From: Mizuhopecten yessoensis
Taxonomy: Eukaryota
Assembly (NCBI RefSeq): GCF_002113885.1
Contig: NW_018480038.1
Coordinates: 458,911 to 522,910, forward strand
Length of the DNA: 64,000 nucleotides
Direction: 5' to 3'
The notes beneath the pieces were generated by a model, which saw only the letters and a program-made list of their open reading frames with translations, made no database searches and was not told the origin of the DNA. The translations under genes and the position numbers were made by a program. Positions 1 through 12,700 of the stretch are shown one piece after another; position 1 is the stretch's first letter, and each line of letters starts with the position of its first letter.

Positions 1-519
1 GATAAGGCTGGAATATTGATCACAGGTGTGTGCTGATAGGAACTGATTCTACCAGAAATTGACCCCATAGATCACTGTAGGTTTGGTTTGTTGTATCACT
101 TCTACAAGGTTTGTAGAGTTGTTGTAGAGTTTTACCTGTGAATGGTTTGTTGGTTACATCAGCAGATCTTCCTCCACACATTTAATTACTACATCGTCTC
201 TGTTTTACATATATGGATTAAAATGATGCCTGTGTAGGAGCAGACTATTGATTACCCAGTCTAGGCCTTACCTGTCTGCATCTAAAGCATGGAATGTGGC
301 GTTTTGTTTGCCTGCATGTTATACCTGTTGATTGCTTTAAAGGAGACCGATTGATAGTGTGGAGCTTGGAAAGGCTGTCGAGTATTGATATAATAACTCA
401 CTTGAAGACGGTGCTTTGTAGGAGATTTATAAGTTCACCTGTCTGTTCAATTGAAGTAGAAAGTACATTTAGGTGCTTGCCTGTGTACTTTATGTAACCC
501 TTGTGTTTTTTACCTGTAG

Positions 520-740
520 ACGGGAGCTACAGAGGGTGCGTGATGAACACAAAAAGGCTGAGGAGGAGAGACAACTGCGAGAGGAAGAACTGTGGCGGTT
601 ACACGAGAGCCACAAACAGGAGATTGAACAACAGCGCCATTCATTGACGGAGATCGCTGACGAAAATCTCCTCCAGCACCAGAGGGCTGAGGAGGAACTG
701 GTATACGCCCGGGACTGTCTACAACAGGAGAGAGAAGCTT
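520..740 (+). CDS. STARD9-like internal exon, coiled coil (RELQRVRDEHKKAEEERQLREEE...)
   Basis: Acceptor tttttacctgtag at 518-519, donor GTAAGT at 741; E/Q/R-rich heptad sequence; phase 1 matches the next exon. Confidence 0.85.
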
Positions 741-3700
741 GTAAGTATGATGGGTAGTACAGGTATATATGTGTGGAGAGGGTGCAGGAGTGCAACACTG
801 GTTAATGTTTACAGGTGCGCTGCAATGTCACTATATAAACCTCCACAGAAATAGCGTTTTGAGTCATAATATTCTATGAACCAAAATTGGTGATCGAAAT
901 TAAATAATATGTTTAAAAACCATAATGAATCTTCTCTTTGACTATGCCAAAGGTCAGGCTGTTCACACAGAATCAAGCTTGTACTAGCTCACTGTCCATG
1001 TACATGTGTGTTTCTTGCTTTGTTTGAAACGCTGCTATCATTGCCTTCCACCTCAAATAACATGACTAGAGAAAAATCTGTGTTTCCAACTTTCGCAATG
1101 AAGCTGACCAGCAGTATCATGTCTATTCCTTTACCACATCTCACCCTTCTGAACGTTTCATCTATGCTAGTATTCCCTTACCACATCTCACCCTTCTGAA
1201 CGTTTTATCTATGTTAGTATTCCTTTACCACATCTCTCCCTTCTGAACGTTTCATCTATGTTAGTATTCCCTTACCACATCTCACCCTTCTGAACGTTTC
1301 ATCTGTGTTAGTATCCCTTTACCACATCTCACCCTTCTGAACATTTCATCTATGTTAGTATTCCTTTAACACATCTCACCCTTCTGAACGTTTCATCTGT
1401 GTTAGCATTCCTTTACCACATCTCGCCCTTCTGAACGTTTCATCTATGTTAGTATTCCTTTCCCACATCTCACCCTTCTGAACGTTTTATCTATGTTAGT
1501 ATTCCTTTACCACACCACACCCTTCTGAACGTTTCATCTGTGTTAGTATTCCTTTACCACATCTCGCCCTTCTTAACGTTTCATCTGTGTTAGTATTCCT
1601 TTACCACATCTCACCCTTCTGAACGTTTCATCTATGTTAGTATTCTTTTACCACATCTCACCCTTCTGAATGTTTCATCTATGTTAGTATTCCTTTACCA
1701 CATCACCCTTCTGAACATTTCATCTGTGTTAGCAAATAACTGGATGGCGACCTGCTTTCCGCAATGAACACAATTTCTCAATATCCAAATTTAACAGACA
1801 TACCTCCATGCTGTGACGTCATTAAAACAAATTGTGTTTTAAATATAATTTTTGCAATACAAAATGGGACATGAGAAGAAAACATGATGTTTTGCAGTTG
1901 TTAGCTCTACGACCTATATTAGAAAATTTCAGTCACAGAAGAAAGTACTTGATATGGACTGTCCTATAGTCAAACATTCCACAGATTCTTGATGGGATTA
2001 TTTGATATTTTCAATGTTATAATTAGTTATTAAATTTTTGAAGACAGAAAGACATGGAAAACTGTTTTCAGGTGCGATTCATAAGCATTATATATGAATG
2101 CCCACTACTACCTTACCGAAACTTAAACATGAACCACTAACATGGTTCATTTAATATTCCTGTAATGCAGTTGGCATTCATACTGCCTGTGAACCATGTC
2201 TGAAAGCAGTTTAATGCTTAAATACATTGTCTGATGAATAGTATAGTACATAAAAAGAGCTCAGTGGAGGTCTTCCAGCCAAGATAAATTAGAATGAGCC
2301 CTGAATGATGTATGAAGTTAACCTCATTAGATAGATATAGTGGTAGTAATACTACAGATATTAAAGACATCACCTATTACCATGGTTTCTATCTCAGTGT
2401 GTGTGTGTCAATTTATTGATCAGTCCTAAGTAATTAGGGTATACAAGTTACATAGAGTATCTGGTCAATACTGCTAAGTTTTGTCTGTACAATAAGATCA
2501 GGGGTGAGGGTAACTACTAGTTACAGAGAGTACATGGTCAGTACTGCTAAGTCTTGTCTGTACAATAAGATCAGGGGGTGAGGGCAAGTACTAGTTACAT
2601 AGAGTACCTGGTCAATACTGCTAAGTGTTGTTTGTACAATAAGATCAGGGGTGAGGGTACCTACTAGTTACAGAGAGTACCTGGTCAATACTGCTAAGTG
2701 TTGTCTGTACAATAAGATCAGGGGGTGAGGGTACCTACTAGTTACAGAGAGTACCTGGTCAGTACTGTTAAGTGTTGTCTGTACAATAAGATCAGGGGGT
2801 GAGGGTAAGTACTAGTTACATAGAGTACCTGGTCAATACTGCTAAGTGTTGTTTGTACAATAAGATCAGGGGGTGAGGGTNCCAGTAATGCTAAGTCTTG
2901 TCTGTACAATAAGATCAGGGGTGAGGGTAACTACTAGTTACATAGAGTACATGGTCAGTACTGCTAAGTGTTGTCTGTGCAATAAGATCAGGGGGTGAGG
3001 GTAACTACTAGTTACAGAGAGTACCTGGTCAATACTGCTAAGTGTTGTCTGTACAGTAAGATCAGGGGGTGAGGGTACCTACTAGTTACAGAGAGTACCT
3101 GGTCAATACTGCTAAGTGTTGTTTGTACAATAAGATCAGGGGTGAGGGTACCTACTAGTTACAGAGAGTACATGGCCAGTACTGCTAAGTGTTGTCTGTA
3201 CAGTAAGATCAGGGGGTGAGGGTAACTACTAGTTACATAGAGTACCTGGCCAGTACTGCTAAGTGTTGTCTGTGCAATAAGATCAGGGGGTGAGGGTTAC
3301 TACTAGTTACAAAGAGTACCTGGTCAATACTGTTCAGTGTTGTCTGTACAATAAGATCAGGGGGTGAGGGTAACTACTAGTTACAGAGAGTACCTGGTCA
3401 ATACTGCTAAGTGTTGTCTGTACAATAAGATCAGGGGGGGAGGGTAACTACTAGTTACAGAGAGTACATGGTAAATACTGCTAAGTGTTGTCTGTACAAT
3501 AAGATCAGGTGGTGAGGGTAACTACTAGTTACAGAGAGTACATGGTCAATACTGCTAAGTGTTGTCTGTACAATAAGATCAGGGGGTGAGGTTTACTAGT
3601 ACAATTACCTGTGTGATCCTTCTCTCCTTCAATATCGACTATCAATACAGTAAGTTACTAGAGAGAAAAAAAGTTGCTATACTATATAATGGAAATATAG

Positions 3701-6700
3701 TCATTTAGAACATTAATTAATACCAGTGATGTATGATAGATCATTCTCCTTTGTCTACAGTCCAGCAGTACCTGCAGGAGGAGTTAGCCAAGGTCCAGAA
3801 AGGACAGACTAGGTCAGAATTTGGCTCCCAGACAGAGGTATCTGTGGTGCAGACAGCAGAGGTAGGATGTGACCAGGAGCTACAGGACATTGAGAGGAGG
3901 AAGGAGTCGTTACAGGGCCAGATCAAGGCCCTGGCCCAGGGGGAACTCATCCGTCGCCTGTCTTACCGCGAAACAGAACAAAGGCTTCTAGAGGAGGCGG
4001 AGGAGATCGAGGACCAATACCAGACAACGCAGGAACAGCTCAATGCTGAACTTCAGCAGCTAGAAGAGGTGGAGAAGGGTTACCGTACTGGAGATCGTAG
4101 TGAGCTTCAGGACATAACACGTGTGGTAGGTACCATTGTATATAAGGGGTGGGTGAAGTGGGGGACTACAGTCAACTACAGGACATAACATGTACGGTAC
4201 GTACCATTGTACATAAGGGGTGGGTGAAGTGGGGGACTACAGTCAACTACAGGACATAACATGTATGGTAGGTACCATTGTACATAAGGGGTGGGTGAAG
4301 TGGGGGACTACAGTCAACTACAGGACATAACATGTATGGTAGGTACCATTGTAGGTTTGTAATCAGCTGCATGAAATAACTAGTGTGTTAGGTACTATTG
4401 TATATACCAAAAAGGGTGGGGGGAAAGTGTGTAGTTAGCTAGAGGTGATATATTGTACATAGGAAGGGATGAAAGCAGAGGTATGTGGTCCGTAGTCCAC
4501 TTCACCTGTGGGAAGGGTACATTGTATATATGGAGGGGTGAAGGCAAATCTGTGGTCCGCTACAGGTCATCACCTGTGGGAATGGTACATTGTGTATATG
4601 GAGGGGTGAAGGCAGAGGTCTGTGGTCTGCTACAGGTCATCACCTGTGGGAAGGGTACATTGTTTATATGGAGGGGTGAAGGCAGAGATCTGTGGTCCGC
4701 TACAGGTCATCACCTGTGGGAAGGATACATTGTGTATATGGAGGGGTGAAGGCAGAGGTCTGTGGTCTGCTACAGGTCATCACCTGTGGGAATGGTACAT
4801 TGTATATATGGAGGGGTGAAGGCAGAGGTCTGTGGTCCGCTACAGGTCATCACCTGTGGGAATGGTACATTGTATATATGGAGGGGTGAAGGCAGAGGTC
4901 TGTGGTCCGCTACAGGGCATCATATATATCATGGTTACCATTGTACATAGAACTTATCTATCAAGCAGTGTGTCATCTCTAGGAGGCACGGCAGTCCAGT
5001 GGTAAGACGCCAGGCTCGTGACCAAAGGGTTGCGGGTTCGCGCCACGGCACGGCAATGTGTTGTATCTTTGAGCAAGATACTTTACTCCGCTTGTTCCCG
5101 TCTACTCAGCTGTAAATGAGTATGTGGTTGGGCAGTGCTAGAATTGTTGAATGCTAGCTGGTAGCGCCAAAATGGCAGCTCCGGCTGTATGCTCCCCAGG
5201 GAGTTGAGAAATGTATTGGCTGGTTGCAAAGGCCCTATAACCACGGATAATAATTTGTGAACCGCTTTGAGACGACCTACGAACTAGGTTGTGATAAAGC
5301 GGTATATAAGAACCTCCTATTATTATTAATTATATCTTCATGTGATTGTATAGAGGTACCATCAATATCAGGTGTGGATGTGTTGTGCTTTAGGGATTTA
5401 ATGATACAATGCACTGAGAGATGTATTATGTTCTGAAAGACATTTTTTTCTGTCACATTCTAGCTGTGTTGTGTAATTATTATAGTATGACTGCATAGAC
5501 AGATTATTGAATGTCTGATGATGTAATAACGTTAATATGACATGTAAAGTCAATTAACAATGTGGTTGATAGATTAGTGTTAATCCCTGATCATTATCCC
5601 CTCCAAGCAGGAGTTACCTCCCTTACCTGTCGTTTTTGTTGGAATTAACACAGCAGGTATCAGCTAATTACCAGTTAATAATGAGATGTGAGTGTGAAAG
5701 TGTATTATGTTGTAATAGCTGTCCGACTCTATGAAATATGGTTTTGTGTCAGCTCTACATACAGACCTCTGGTAAAATCAATAGCTGGTTACGACTCTGA
5801 TTGACTAGCCGAGCAGGTGCTTGTCTGGATCTGATCCAGTGTATATAATCATACATACTGATCAGGGTGCTGAACATGGAGGAGCAATAACTCATAAGTA
5901 GTGAGGTTAGGCATAGCTCAGGGTTACGTGGTTTATGTTAACTGTAGATAATTAGGCCCAAGCCATCTAACTGGAATTACAACACCCGCAGTGTTACAGC
6001 TGAAATCAGGTAAATATGGGAGGAGAGTAGCATAGAATAGTCCAGGTGTTTACAGGTAAATTAATGTTATTTTACTGGTACCATGCATGATTACTGAAGG
6101 GACATTCTGTCACAAGTGGGTGGGTTGTCAAATGCATTTTATCTAGCCTTTTATCTTCATCTATTAAGGAAGACGGTTTGAAGCCTGTGAATTACTGTTG
6201 AAGGACTGAATAACAAAGAAGGATATAGCCATTAATTTGTTTGGAAGATTTATATTAAATTATTTAGATCATCTATCATACTCTATGTTTCAATGATGCA
6301 TGAATGTTAAATATGTAATATAGCCATTTTGTTTATAATTTCATTGGTAATCATAATGTATTTGTATTAACCAGCCCTTTTTGTATTTCCTTTAGGATGA
6401 TGACTTGTCTGAGCTTGACCGACAGCAGCAGCAGCTACACTTGTACATAGAGGAGAAACAGGGGTTGATGCAGGTTGGTCTGGATGTGCCCCGCCCCCTA
6501 AGATCTGCCTGCAGTGAGGAAGTCCTAACTGACACCCAGAACTCGAGACTTGGCTTCCCCTACCGGGCGTCCAGCCTGCTTGCTCTAAAGCAGGGTAGTG
6601 AGGGGGACCTGCCAACCTTGTCTTCCAGACTGTCCCTCAACTCCTCATTAAATATCACTTCCCTGGACTCCATACCAGACAGTGTGGAAAGCATGGACAC

Positions 6701-9700
6701 ATCCCCATCACCACAGAACTCTACAAGCAACCGAGGAACGCCTACAGGTACACGGAAAAGGTCAACCAAGAGTCCAGCCTCAGACACATTGACTTCTGGG
6801 GCAAAGGAGGTCACAAGTCGACTATATACAGCTCCTCCTCCAAAATTTAAATATGAACCTAAACAGAAATCCAAGGTGGTGCCAAAAACTGATCCCGTGA
6901 GGAAGCGTGATGGTCAGGTGGGAAAAGGTGCAAGTGCTGGTGCAAGTAAAAACATTTCAAGTTTAGAAAGTAAAAAAGGAGCAGAAGATGGGAAAACAAA
7001 AACCACGTACTTACGAAAGTCAAAATCACCGTCACCAGGTAGAGCAACTGCACCATTACCAGGAGGACAGACTTCACCTTCTTCTGGAAGAGAGATCAGT
7101 CTAGGGAGTCATGCTAAACCATCACAAAAAAGGCAAAAAGCATCGCTACCTGAAAGTACAGGTAAAGGTGAAGATCATAAGGAAAAGAGGGGTGCTTGTG
7201 GGTCACCTGGTCCTCTGTCTGAAGTGACCAAACGTGCGCGACACATAAGTGACGAGTCTGGGGTGATACCACGTCTTAGACAGAGCGTGTCACAACCTAT
7301 ACTAAACAGAGGACTCCCTAGCAACAAGGTACCGCTCATTTTACCCCCAAAGCTACGACCAATAAACAGTGCTACGTCCCTGGCCAGTGTCCCAGAGGCA
7401 GTGGGTGAGGAAACTGAGGCCTTGGACCATGGCCAAGTCTCTGACTCGCCTGTTGTACGCAGGAGGAAAAAACGCCAGTTTGATGAGGATGACACCAGGA
7501 GACATTCTGAGCCTGTTGGAGAATCACTGGCGGATGCTTTTGAAAATTATACAAAGGAAATGGAGGCGAGTATAGAAATACCTTGTATATTATTGCATCA
7601 TGACTCACCTGGTGAGCGAGTGTGGGCTAGGCAGCACAGCAGTAGTGTATCAGACTCAGATGAAGTGCCGTCTAGTGACAATAATGAGGAAACTTCAAAC
7701 AGGCATAAAGGTCAGTCATTCCAAGTCATTCCTAGGACGGCTGACCTTGAGGTCACTTCATACATAGACCCGGATCAGCAGGTAGCAACTGTACAGCAGG
7801 TGGAATGCTATAATAACAATACCATGGCAGGTGATTCTACAGCCAAGGAATGTGTGAGTAACTCCAACACTGTGGGGTCCTCAGTGGATGGGCCATTACC
7901 AGGAAAACCTACCGACAACCAGTGCAATGTGAACTTAACATGTGATGTACCAACAGAAGTAACACACATGTTGGAAATTAAACCGTGTAAAGTGGATGAT
8001 AATGTGTTCAGAAATGACCTTGAATATCAACAGGAAGGAGTGGGAAGGTCAGTTGAATTAGACAGTGACTCTGGATTTTACCCAGAAAGTTCAGATAATT
8101 TTGAGAGTTCAGGAGCACATTCTTTTGCTGGTTCAATTAAAAACGTACTGGGTAGGTCAATTATTGAATCTGAACTGGATCCACAGGGATCAGTTCCACA
8201 GACAGTTCAGACTGGATTGCCTGGAGCTGTGTCTGTAGAATGTGATGCCAATGCTTCTGTGTCATACAATAAGGCTTTACCTATGTACAGTGATAAGCCA
8301 GTGTTGACGGGTACAGCAGAGGGGTCTGATATTATGGAGGGTAGTCTGACCTCCCCAGCTGATGTCAGCCTTCACCTGTCTGAGTCCCAGGACTCGGAGT
8401 CAGACTCTGGGAATTACGGGAGGAAACGAGGACATGACAGTTCCCCAGGGGATTTTCAGGAAGATATTCCAACTAAGTGTAAAAAGCAGGAAAACCGGCA
8501 TTCTGACAATGTGTATCTAGAGTGCGTAGGTGTAGAACATATGGAGGTTGTTGTACCTGAACAAGAAAATTCACAAAACATTCCACAATCTTCCACACAG
8601 AATTTGAATGCTCAATTTACTTTAAACCCAAACTTCCAGGCTAGCTCTGGATTTGTTGTCTGTGATATTTTACAAGATGCTGCACAAACAATATCAGCAG
8701 AACTTTATGGTGCTCATAGGTCATATTCGTCCGATTCTCTGGAGGATGCCGACTCTCTCGATGGATCAAGACCCAGGGCAACCATAGAACAGGAACTGAC
8801 CGATTCTCTGGAGGACTCTGATGTTGACAATAAAGAACAAAGGTCAAAACATAGGAAAAAACACAGTGATACAGGATCTCTACAAGGGGAACAACAAACT
8901 GACACAGGATCTCTACAAGGGGAACAACAAACTGTCACAGGATCCCTACAAGGGGAACAACAAACTGTCACAGGATCTCTACAGGGGGAACAACAAACTG
9001 TCACAGGATCTCTACGGGAGGAACAACAAACTGTCACAGGATCTCTACAGGGGGAACAACAAACTGTCACAGGATCTCTACAAGGGGAACAACAAACTGT
9101 CACAGGATATCAACAAGGGGAACAACAAACTGTCACAGGACCTCTACAAGGGGAACAACAAACTGTCACAGGATCTCTACAAGGGGAACAACAAACTGAT
9201 ACAGGATCTCTACAAGGGGAACAACAAACTGTCACAGGATCTTTACAAGGGGAACAACAAACTGATACAGGATCTTTGCAAGGGGAACAACAAACTGATA
9301 CAGGATCTTTACAAGGGGAACAACAAACTGACACAGGATCTTTCCAAGGGGAACAACAAACTGACACAGGATCTTTACAATGGGAACAACAAAGTGACAT
9401 AGGATCTCTACAAGGGGAACAACAAACTGACACAGGATCTCTACAAGGGGAACAACAAACTGACACAGGATCTCAACAAGGGGAACAACAAACTGACACA
9501 GGATCTCTACAAAGAGCAGATGAATCACAAGGATGCAATCAGTCTAAAGAGAAGCATTCCCAGACTGAAAATAATGAAAACTTTTCAAATGAATCTGATA
9601 CATGTTTGAGTAACACAGCGATTGAAATTCAGAGTAGCACCCAGATGTCTACCAGGAAAGAACATGAGCATTCAGATTTCGAATTGTGTGAATCAGTTAC

Positions 9701-12700
9701 AACTACTGACATAGAAAAAGAGATGTTAAATGTTGATAAAAAACCAAACTTATCCCAAAGCGATGTAGACATTTTTTCAACCCCTGTATCTGATAACTTG
9801 GCAGAGGATAAAGCAGTGACATTAACCCAAAGTGATGTTAACATCTGCTCGACACTTGGTACTGCTAGTACTGGAGACAATACCACAACACCTAGTACTG
9901 TGAGTAATTGAGACGATACCACAACACTTAGTACTTGAGACAATGCCACAACACCTAGTACTGCTAGTACTGGAGACAATGCCACAACACCTAGTACTGC
10001 TAGTACTGGAGGCAATACCACAACACCTAGTACTGGGAGTAATGGAGACGATACCACAACGCCTAGTACTGCTAGTACTGGAGGCAATACCACAACACCT
10101 AGTACGGTGAGTAATGGAGACGATACCACAATACTTAGTACTGCTAGTACTGGTGACAATACCACAACACCTAGTACTGCTAGTACTGGAGGCAATACCA
10201 CAACACCTAGTACTGGGAGTAATGGAGACGATACCACAACGCCTAGTACTGCTAGTACTGGTGACAATACCACAACACCTAGTCCTGTGAGTAATGGAGA
10301 TGATACCACAACACTTAGTACTGCTAGCACTGGAGACAATACCACACTTTGTACCACAAGGAATGGAGACGATACCACAATACTTAGTACTGCTAGTACT
10401 GGTGACAATACCACAACACCTAGTACGGTGAGTAATGGATACGATACCACAACACTTAGTACCGCTAGTACTGGAGACAATACCAAACTTTGTACCACAA
10501 GTAATGGAGACGATACCACAATACTTAGTACTGCTAGTACTGGTGACAATACCACAACACCTAGTCCTGTGAGTAATGGAGATGATACCACAACACTTAG
10601 TACTTGAGACAATGCCACAACACCTAGTACTGCTAGTACTGGAGGCAATACCACAACACCTAGTACTGAGAGTAATGGAGACGATACCACAATACTTAGT
10701 ACTGCTAGTACTGGTGACAATACCACAACACCTAGTCCTGTGAGTAATGGAGATGATACCACAACACTTAGTACTGCTAGTACTGGAGACAATACCACAC
10801 TTTGTACCACAAGTAATGGAGACGATACCACAATACCTAGTACTGCCAGTAATACCGACGATGCTACTCATGTTGAAGCTTCAATAAGTACTGATGATGT
10901 CCACTTTAACAGTAAAGCTGCTGAAGCTGTGGAGATATTAGTTTGTCAGGAGCCCTGTCACACTCTGAACTCTGTTTGCCCAAGTGAGGTTGAATCAGCT
11001 AATACTAAAATCTCTGCTGGCTGCCCTGGTGAGCTGGACTCTCATCTCAATGAAGCCTCTGTGTTGGTCTGCTCTGGTGAGCTGGACTCTCGTCTCAATG
11101 AAGCCACTGTGTTGGTCTGCCCTGGTGAGCTGGACCCTCGTGTCAATGAAGCCTCTGTGTTGGTCTGCCCTTGTGAGCTGGACTCCTCTAGAGTGGACAT
11201 CTCCTCCCCTGTCGTAACCTCATTAAATACTGATACAATTGTGCCTGTACACTCCCAGACAGACACCTCTGTGGGAGATTCTGCTATAATAAAGGACTTG
11301 TGTCAGGTTTCACCTGAAGAGTCCTTTTCTTTGAACAATCTTTCCAAAGCTGAAGCTGTTAAAGAGATCAATGTATCTCCAGATCAGATGGTAAGTGTGT
11401 CTGATAGCTTTGTGTTTAAGCCCAACACAGCTGTAAATCCGTTGGAGGTGAAATCTGACGATATTTCTCAACATGTCAACCATTCTAGAGGAGAGGTTTC
11501 CATCGGCGTCGATGGTCAGCAGATGGAACTAGCCCAGGAATATTTGTCTGCAACCGGTGTGTGTGATACAAACACATCTCGCGGTCAGGTGATCAGTGTG
11601 ACTGAAGCCACACCCACCCAACACTACCCAGACACCAACCAAAGTCAGGAGGATAAACTTGTGGTCAAGGACCCTTTGACCTTCACACCAATTAAATGTA
11701 ACAAGGAGGATTCAAGCAGTCAAACAAATCTATCCTCAGATATGAACTTTAAACCAATCAACAATGCTGTAGAGGAGTTACATGGTCAGGTGCCTGACCA
11801 ACCCTCCACACGAAGTCTTGGCATAGTGACCACGCCCGATCGCCTGACCCAGGGAATGGAGGAAGAGGAGAATGTGGGTGGAGCCAGTGACTGTTCCCAC
11901 GACTCCATCCAGGATCTACAGGAACAGCTCCAGCAGCTTGAAGAATTTCCAGGTCAAAAGTAAGTCTGCTCAATTAAAGATCATTCTCAAATTTACCAAA
12001 AGTAAGTCTGCGGAGTTGAAGTCCATTTTTAAATTTATCAAAAGTAAGTCTGCTCAGTTAAAGTTCATAATCAAAAAAATCAAAAGTAAGACAGCTCAAT
12101 TTAAGTCTATTCTCAATGGATAAAAGTAAATCTTGAAGTTATATTCCTTTCACAAATTAAGTCTTCAAACAACTTTAAAGTTCCAGGGTTACACTCGCTC
12201 TTATTCTCTGCACCCCTAGAGTATGTCATGTTGAAATTGATAGTGCCACCTTGTGGGTGATACAAGTCGACTACTTTGATCTTGTTATGTATATCAAAAG
12301 GATCACACAGCAGCACAATATCAGAAAAATGACCTGCGTTGAAGTTGGGTGTTGCTGTTCTGTAATTTTCAAAGGACAGGTATCAGCCTATGGATTGGTA
12401 ACTTCTTTTCTTACATGAAATCAATCAAATAGTTAACCAAGTGCCTTTGATTTTGTAATGACGATTCTAGGGGTGCAAAGTATGTAAGTGAACATAACCC
12501 CTAGAAGGTCAAGGATGGTCTTCAGGTCATTGGCCATTCTTTAATCCAAAGTAAGTGTGCTCAGTTATAGCCATTTCTTAAATTAACCAGAAGTTAGTCT
12601 TCAAATTACAGTCTGTTTTCAGATTAACTAAATGTAAGTGTGCTCAGTTATAGCCATTTCTCAAATTAATCAGTAGTTATAATCCATGATATCACATTTA

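Noticed and set aside
4453-4950. Four similar short ORFs
   Set aside because: Frame-shifting translations of the 70-bp repeat inside an intron
4982-5055. Functional tRNA gene
   Set aside because: Imperfect B box and stems, and it continues into a SINE body and tail
8714-9528. Overlapping repetitive ORFs (KGNNKLSQDLY, VCCSPCRDP)
   Set aside because: Alternative frames of the 33-bp coding repeat
9909-10607. Selenocysteine reading of the three TGA codons
   Set aside because: They replace Gly in a Thr/Ser repeat rather than Cys in a redox motif. I saw no SECIS (not computed), and the TGA-G context is not a typical readthrough signal.
9629-10871. Long antisense ORFs (400 aa Val/Leu-rich; 349 aa Cys-Cys-rich)
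   Set aside because: They coincide with the 36-bp repeat, whose unit lacks stops in those frames; no independent gene structure
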